Below are positions 60,701 through 64,000 of a stretch of DNA of 64,000 nt, piece after piece. The notes under the pieces were generated by a model. The model searched no databases. It worked only from the letters and a program-made list of their open reading frames with translations, and was not told where the DNA came from. The stretch covers positions 102,032 to 166,031 of the forward strand of contig JAKFBU010000076.1 of assembly GCA_036676985.1 (NCBI GenBank), given 5' to 3'. Positions within the stretch are counted from its first letter, which is position 1. Each line of letters starts with the position of its first letter. The DNA is from Candidatus Sericytochromatia bacterium (lineage in GTDB: Bacteria; Cyanobacteriota; Sericytochromatia; S15B-MN24; UBA4093). Position numbers and translations under genes: made by a program.

Positions 60701-61163
60701 GCTCGTCACGGACGTCCGCAACTGGTTCGTCTTCTCGGCCTCCGAGCGGTGGCAGGCCGATCACACGGTCAAGGAGTTCTACTCGGACTCGGCGGGCAAG
60801 TCCGGCGGGCAGAAGGAGAAGCTCGCCTACACGATCCTGGCCTCGGCGCTCGCTTACCAGTTCGGGCTCGAGTGGGGGGCGGTGCGATCGCGCTCCTTCC
60901 GCTTCGTGATGATCGACGAGGCCTTCGGGCGCGGCTCGGACGAGTCGGCGCGCTACGGCCTGGAGCTCTTCCGGAGCCTCAACCTCCAGCTGCTCATCGT
61001 GACGCCCTTCCAGAAGATCAACGTGATCGAGGACTACGTGCGGACGGTGCACGTGGTGCACAACGAGGGCGGGCGCCAGTCGAAGGTCATGACCCTCAGT
61101 GTCGAGGACTACCGAGCCCGCAAGGCCCTCTACGGGGCGCTCGCGGGTGAGCTCGCGCCATGA
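57774..61163 (+). CDS. jetC: Wadjet SMC-like ATPase JetC
   Basis: NWGTFD, GDIGSGKST Walker A, long coiled coils, KSGGQ signature, MIDEAF Walker B. Confidence 0.93.
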   Translation: MNTRSERFDFTADDARAGFRLHRCEVLNWGTFDKAVWVMPLDGDNALLTGDIGSGKSTLVDALTTLLVRADRIVYNKAAGAETKERSLVSYIRGHYKSEKDDLALGAKAVALRERQTYSVLLAYFHNEGYGQGITIAQVFALLDGQSQPERMYVVAEGDLTIRQDFADFGSDLKDLRKRLRRDPRVQIFDSFSQYETAFRRLFGIQNPQALNLFYQTVSMKSVGNLTAFIREHMLEAPPVQEQIDRLCNDFDNLNAAYEAVQKARRQLEVLTPLVADCDRHEAEVATMEELRGSREALEPFVAGLRVELLDARIRTKEAEVARLTERAAALARELEALRQRETDLRRSIDDQGGRRLEDIRREIEQLAKERQRLQAMTEVFERDCAVLGLDAPESEAAFEAMRRDAVAAQAALQGEETGLRQERVDLGISFQQARDQGRALEQELASLRARRSNIPLPSIELRARMCEALGLLPEDVPFAGEHLRVADTERDWEAAIERYLHNFGVSLLVPERLYAQVARYVDRTHLKGRLVYFRVREEAARPQWPDDARSLVHKLQVKQDSPFAPWLEAELCRRDLVCTDNLEEFARQPRAMTPQGQIKSGGARHEKDDRRPLGDRAQYVLGWTNEDKIRALSGQLDALVGRLTELSRAIERCEERSRALSSRRSALEGMLRVERFADMDWRPVAARIAELEAERRRLSDESDVLRLLKEELDRTLAVISETQVKSDELREGRGKESSRLEGYQEQRREAETTAACDQFLKERFFPPLSAMQAEVLGDRAMSVENSRGLEREWRETLQRRIDAVDKRIKALYERVIPRMEQFKQAFPEASREMDASLEAADDFRRLRDTLLADDLPRHEATFKTMLNENAINGMVLFQNELDKQQQDIREKIAVINQSLRAIAYNPGTYIELGSDATQDPQVRDFRRDLRACLEDTLTVSADELYAERKFLQVKALIDRFNGRKDASEADRRWRELVTDVRNWFVFSASERWQADHTVKEFYSDSAGKSGGQKEKLAYTILASALAYQFGLEWGAVRSRSFRFVMIDEAFGRGSDESARYGLELFRSLNLQLLIVTPFQKINVIEDYVRTVHVVHNEGGRQSKVMTLSVEDYRARKALYGALAGELAP

Positions 61164-62395
61164 CGATGCTCACGCCCGCCGAGATCCGCGCCAAGGTCCA
61201 GAAGCTCTGGGACAGCCAGCGCCTCTTCAGGGCCTGGCTCGATGACGAGCCGCTCTTTCCGCTCGAGATCTCCACTCGCCTGCCGTCCGGGCGGGAGCTC
61301 GCCGAACGTTACGGCGAAGTGCGCACGGCGATCGCCTCCCTGCATGCGGGATCGCGGGCCGAGGTTGGGCACGGCTACCGGCTCGTCGACGAGGAGGTCG
61401 CGCATCGCCAGCTGGGCGCCCAGCGCTTGCCGGTAAAGGCCGTCCTGGACGACCGGGAGGAGGCCTTGCGCCTCATCGGAAAGGTTCGGGACTTCCAGCG
61501 TTTCGTGCGGCTGGCCCAAGAGACGCGCGAGCGCTTTCCGGCGCTCGAAGGCCTGCTGCGCGCCAGGCCCCTCGCGATCCTGGAGCTGACGGAGGAGTGG
61601 CCGAGGCTCTTGCGGTTTTGCGCCTACATGCAGACACATCCCCGGCCGGGCTGCTACCTGCGTGCGATCGACCTGCCCGGGATCGATACGAAGTTTCTCG
61701 AGGCGCACAAGGGGATGCTCGCGGAGATGCTGGATGCTGTCTTGCCCGACGAGGCGGTGGAGCGGGATGCCAAGGGGATCAAGGCCTTCGAGCGGCGCTA
61801 CGGCTTCCTGCACGATCCGCCCGGGGTGCGCTTCCGGTGGCTGGACCCGGGGCTTGCGCCCATGGGGCTCCTGGACATGCAGGTGCCGCTCGAGGCCTTC
61901 GCACACCTCGATCCGCCGGTGGAGCGGGTGTTCTTCACGGAGAACAAGGTGAACTTCCTGGCCTTCCCCGACCTGCCCCGGAGCATGGTGGTCTTCGGCC
62001 AGGGCTACGGGATCCGGGCGCTCGCCGACATCCCCTGGTTCCGGGACTGCACCATCCACTACTGGGGGGACCTGGACACGCACGGCTTCTCCATTCTCTC
62101 GGAGCTGCGGGCAGGGTATCCGGAAGTGCGATCGCTCCTCATGGATGAGGCGACCCTCCTCGCGCACCGGGAGTCGTGGGGCGAGGAGCCCGCGGAGGTG
62201 CGGGTGCTCGCGGAGCCGCCCTACCTGACCCCCGACGAGGCCGACCTCTACCGGGGGCTGAGGGATGGGCGGTGGCGCGATCGCCTACGCCTCGAGCAGG
62301 AGCGGATCGCCTACGGATGGCTCTTGAGCGCGCTATCCTCGCTACGTGCCTCGCAACTCCTCGAGACCGAGCCACTCTCCGCCGAGCCAGGATAG
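61160..62395 (+). CDS. jetD: Wadjet TOPRIM nuclease JetD (DUF3322 + DUF2220)
   Basis: DTKFLE, TENK, YWGDLDTHGF, RLEQERI. Confidence 0.92.
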   Translation: MTMLTPAEIRAKVQKLWDSQRLFRAWLDDEPLFPLEISTRLPSGRELAERYGEVRTAIASLHAGSRAEVGHGYRLVDEEVAHRQLGAQRLPVKAVLDDREEALRLIGKVRDFQRFVRLAQETRERFPALEGLLRARPLAILELTEEWPRLLRFCAYMQTHPRPGCYLRAIDLPGIDTKFLEAHKGMLAEMLDAVLPDEAVERDAKGIKAFERRYGFLHDPPGVRFRWLDPGLAPMGLLDMQVPLEAFAHLDPPVERVFFTENKVNFLAFPDLPRSMVVFGQGYGIRALADIPWFRDCTIHYWGDLDTHGFSILSELRAGYPEVRSLLMDEATLLAHRESWGEEPAEVRVLAEPPYLTPDEADLYRGLRDGRWRDRLRLEQERIAYGWLLSALSSLRASQLLETEPLSAEPG

Positions 62396-64000
62396 GCAGC
62401 CGGGAGCCATGTCGTCGAGCCGATCCCAGAGTGCGGCGGCCATCGAGATGGTCTTCGCCTCGAGTTCGACCGTGTCGCCGTCCCAGCGAACGGAGCCGAT
62501 GATCTGGCGTGCGCCCTTCTCTTTGGCAAAGGGACTAATGTGTCCCCTGGGGTACTTGCGGGTCCACTGCCACCTTCGTGGCGCCACCTCGTCGAAAGCG
62601 CGATCTTGTTCGAGCACCAATCGTAGGGCGTCGGGCTGCTCGGCCCGCAGGCGCAGGGTGGTTAGTACCATCGGTTCTTTACCTTCTGGCACGTCCTTGG
62701 TCAGGGGGCCGTACTTCCGGAGGACCGACAGCAATGCGGGATCGAGCCGCTCCCAGTCGGATGGCTCCCCCGAGAGCTGCGGGAGCAATCGGCAGAGCGC
62801 CTCGATCCGGCGATCGGGCTCGGCCTCGTATATCTCCTTGCCGAACTCATAAGCGAACCCGAAGATCCGCCCTAGCTGCTCCGGGGCGATTGCCGTGAGC
62901 CGGGACCGGCGCTCCCGGGCCTCCTTCCGGACCATGTCGCGCAGCCCCCGGATCTTGTCCGGATCGGTATCGGCAACGGCCAGCTCGATCCCCCCGTGCA
63001 ACAGGTTGAGTAGGGCCGTGATCGCCACCGTACGTCCGTCGGGCGCCTCGCGCCGAAGCCACAGGATGGCTACTCCGGCCGCTCGCCAGGAAATGGCAGA
63101 GCCCAGCTCGGCTTCGACGATGGGCCACGAGACGCTTTCTGGATCGATTTCCAGCTCACCCGCGGCCTCCGCCAGCATGGCCCTGAGGAGCGGGTGATCC
63201 CGGACCTGACCTTGCTCCAGCGCCCATGCCGCCGTGGCGGAGAGATCCCGCAGCTCTGCCTCGCCCATTGCATCGAGCCAGTCGGCCATCCGATACAGCC
63301 GATCGGCATAGCTGGCGCGTTTGGCCGGTAGGAAAACCGCTTCGAGGTGTCGGTCGATGCGCTCCGTCAGCGGGCTTGGGTCGGATCGGAAGGCCTCCAG
63401 GTCGACGGCGTCGGGCCCCTCGTCTGAGAGGAGCCATTGACCGGCAAACCAGCGGCTCCTGAGCAGGCTGGCCGTTTCAGGGACTCTTTCGGGTCTTGCC
63501 CATCCAGTGGCACGCTCTGCCGGCAGGGGGCCGGGGGCGAGTCCTTCGAGCAGGTCCAGGTGGCTCTTGACGTCCGGGTGGATGGTCTTGCCCTCCGAGC
63601 GAGCCTTGGCCAGGTAGGTGACGAGCCGATCGGGCGGCAAGGGCGTGGCAGGGCTTTGTTTGGAGCTGAGCGTGACGACCTGGCGAAAGTGGCGCTTGGA
63701 GGTGCGCTCCTCCGCGTAGCCGTCGACGATGCCACGCTCGTTGTTGTAGACGGCGCTCAGGAACGCGAGGTCCCCCGCAGGGCGTTCACGTGCGATGAAG
63801 AAGCCCTGGGAGCCCCAGCCGTCCACGACCGTGGCCCAGGACTCGAAGACGGGCCACTGGCTCACGTCCTTCGCGGGCGATGGCGTAGTCGCCTGCATGG
63901 GCATGGGCCGGGAGCCGGTCAAGTGAAAGAGGGCCTTGCGTGCCAGTTTTGCGTGCTCCTTCGGCACGTCGGGGGCCTGGAGGTACGCCTGGAGCCACTC
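62342..64000 (-). CDS. Hypothetical protein (5' end outside window)
   Basis: >541-aa open frame with no upstream stop before the window edge; 3' end overlaps jetD. Confidence 0.6.
   Translation of the reverse strand, partial: EWLQAYLQAPDVPKEHAKLARKALFHLTGSRPMPMQATTPSPAKDVSQWPVFESWATVVDGWGSQGFFIARERPAGDLAFLSAVYNNERGIVDGYAEERTSKRHFRQVVTLSSKQSPATPLPPDRLVTYLAKARSEGKTIHPDVKSHLDLLEGLAPGPLPAERATGWARPERVPETASLLRSRWFAGQWLLSDEGPDAVDLEAFRSDPSPLTERIDRHLEAVFLPAKRASYADRLYRMADWLDAMGEAELRDLSATAAWALEQGQVRDHPLLRAMLAEAAGELEIDPESVSWPIVEAELGSAISWRAAGVAILWLRREAPDGRTVAITALLNLLHGGIELAVADTDPDKIRGLRDMVRKEARERRSRLTAIAPEQLGRIFGFAYEFGKEIYEAEPDRRIEALCRLLPQLSGEPSDWERLDPALLSVLRKYGPLTKDVPEGKEPMVLTTLRLRAEQPDALRLVLEQDRAFDEVAPRRWQWTRKYPRGHISPFAKEKGARQIIGSVRWDGDTVELEAKTISMAAALWDRLDDMAPGCLSWLGGEWLGLEELRGT

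Overview
GC-rich, diderm-type bacterial chromosome window with three blocks. (1) 1-26.5 kb is a nitrite/NO-respiration supercluster. It holds a reverse-strand beta-barrel-nirS-nirECFDLGHJ operon, hemerythrin, cytochrome c, di-heme norC-norB-norQ-norD, a second copper-type nitrite reductase (nirK), DUF2249/DUF1858/DUF59 genes with two uncharacterised His-bearing polytopic membrane proteins, a Crp/Fnr regulator with an atypical recognition helix, USP and a soluble two-component pair. Six intergenic copies of a non-canonical palindrome TATGAG-N4-CTCATA each sit at exact class-II activator spacing from a -10 hexamer, defining an apparently undescribed NO regulon. (2) 28-43 kb is a Flp/Tad pilus operon with a c-di-GMP-II-like leader, convergent with a ClpG-like ATPase-diguanylate cyclase pair and bracketed by two paralogous CoA transferases. 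(3) 43-64 kb is a defence hotspot at a tRNA(CAT). A ~10.9 kb decayed integrative island (44-bp att repeats, broken integrase) carries type I RM with an embedded AbiF-type HEPN gene plus upstream structured RNA, DUF4268, an XRE/IrrE pair and DUF2188. It is followed by a Schlafen/AlbA-domain gene and a complete Wadjet jetABCD operon. Several REP-like palindrome families are scattered throughout, one inserted in frame in nirC. All family calls are by-eye motif recognition; no database search was run.
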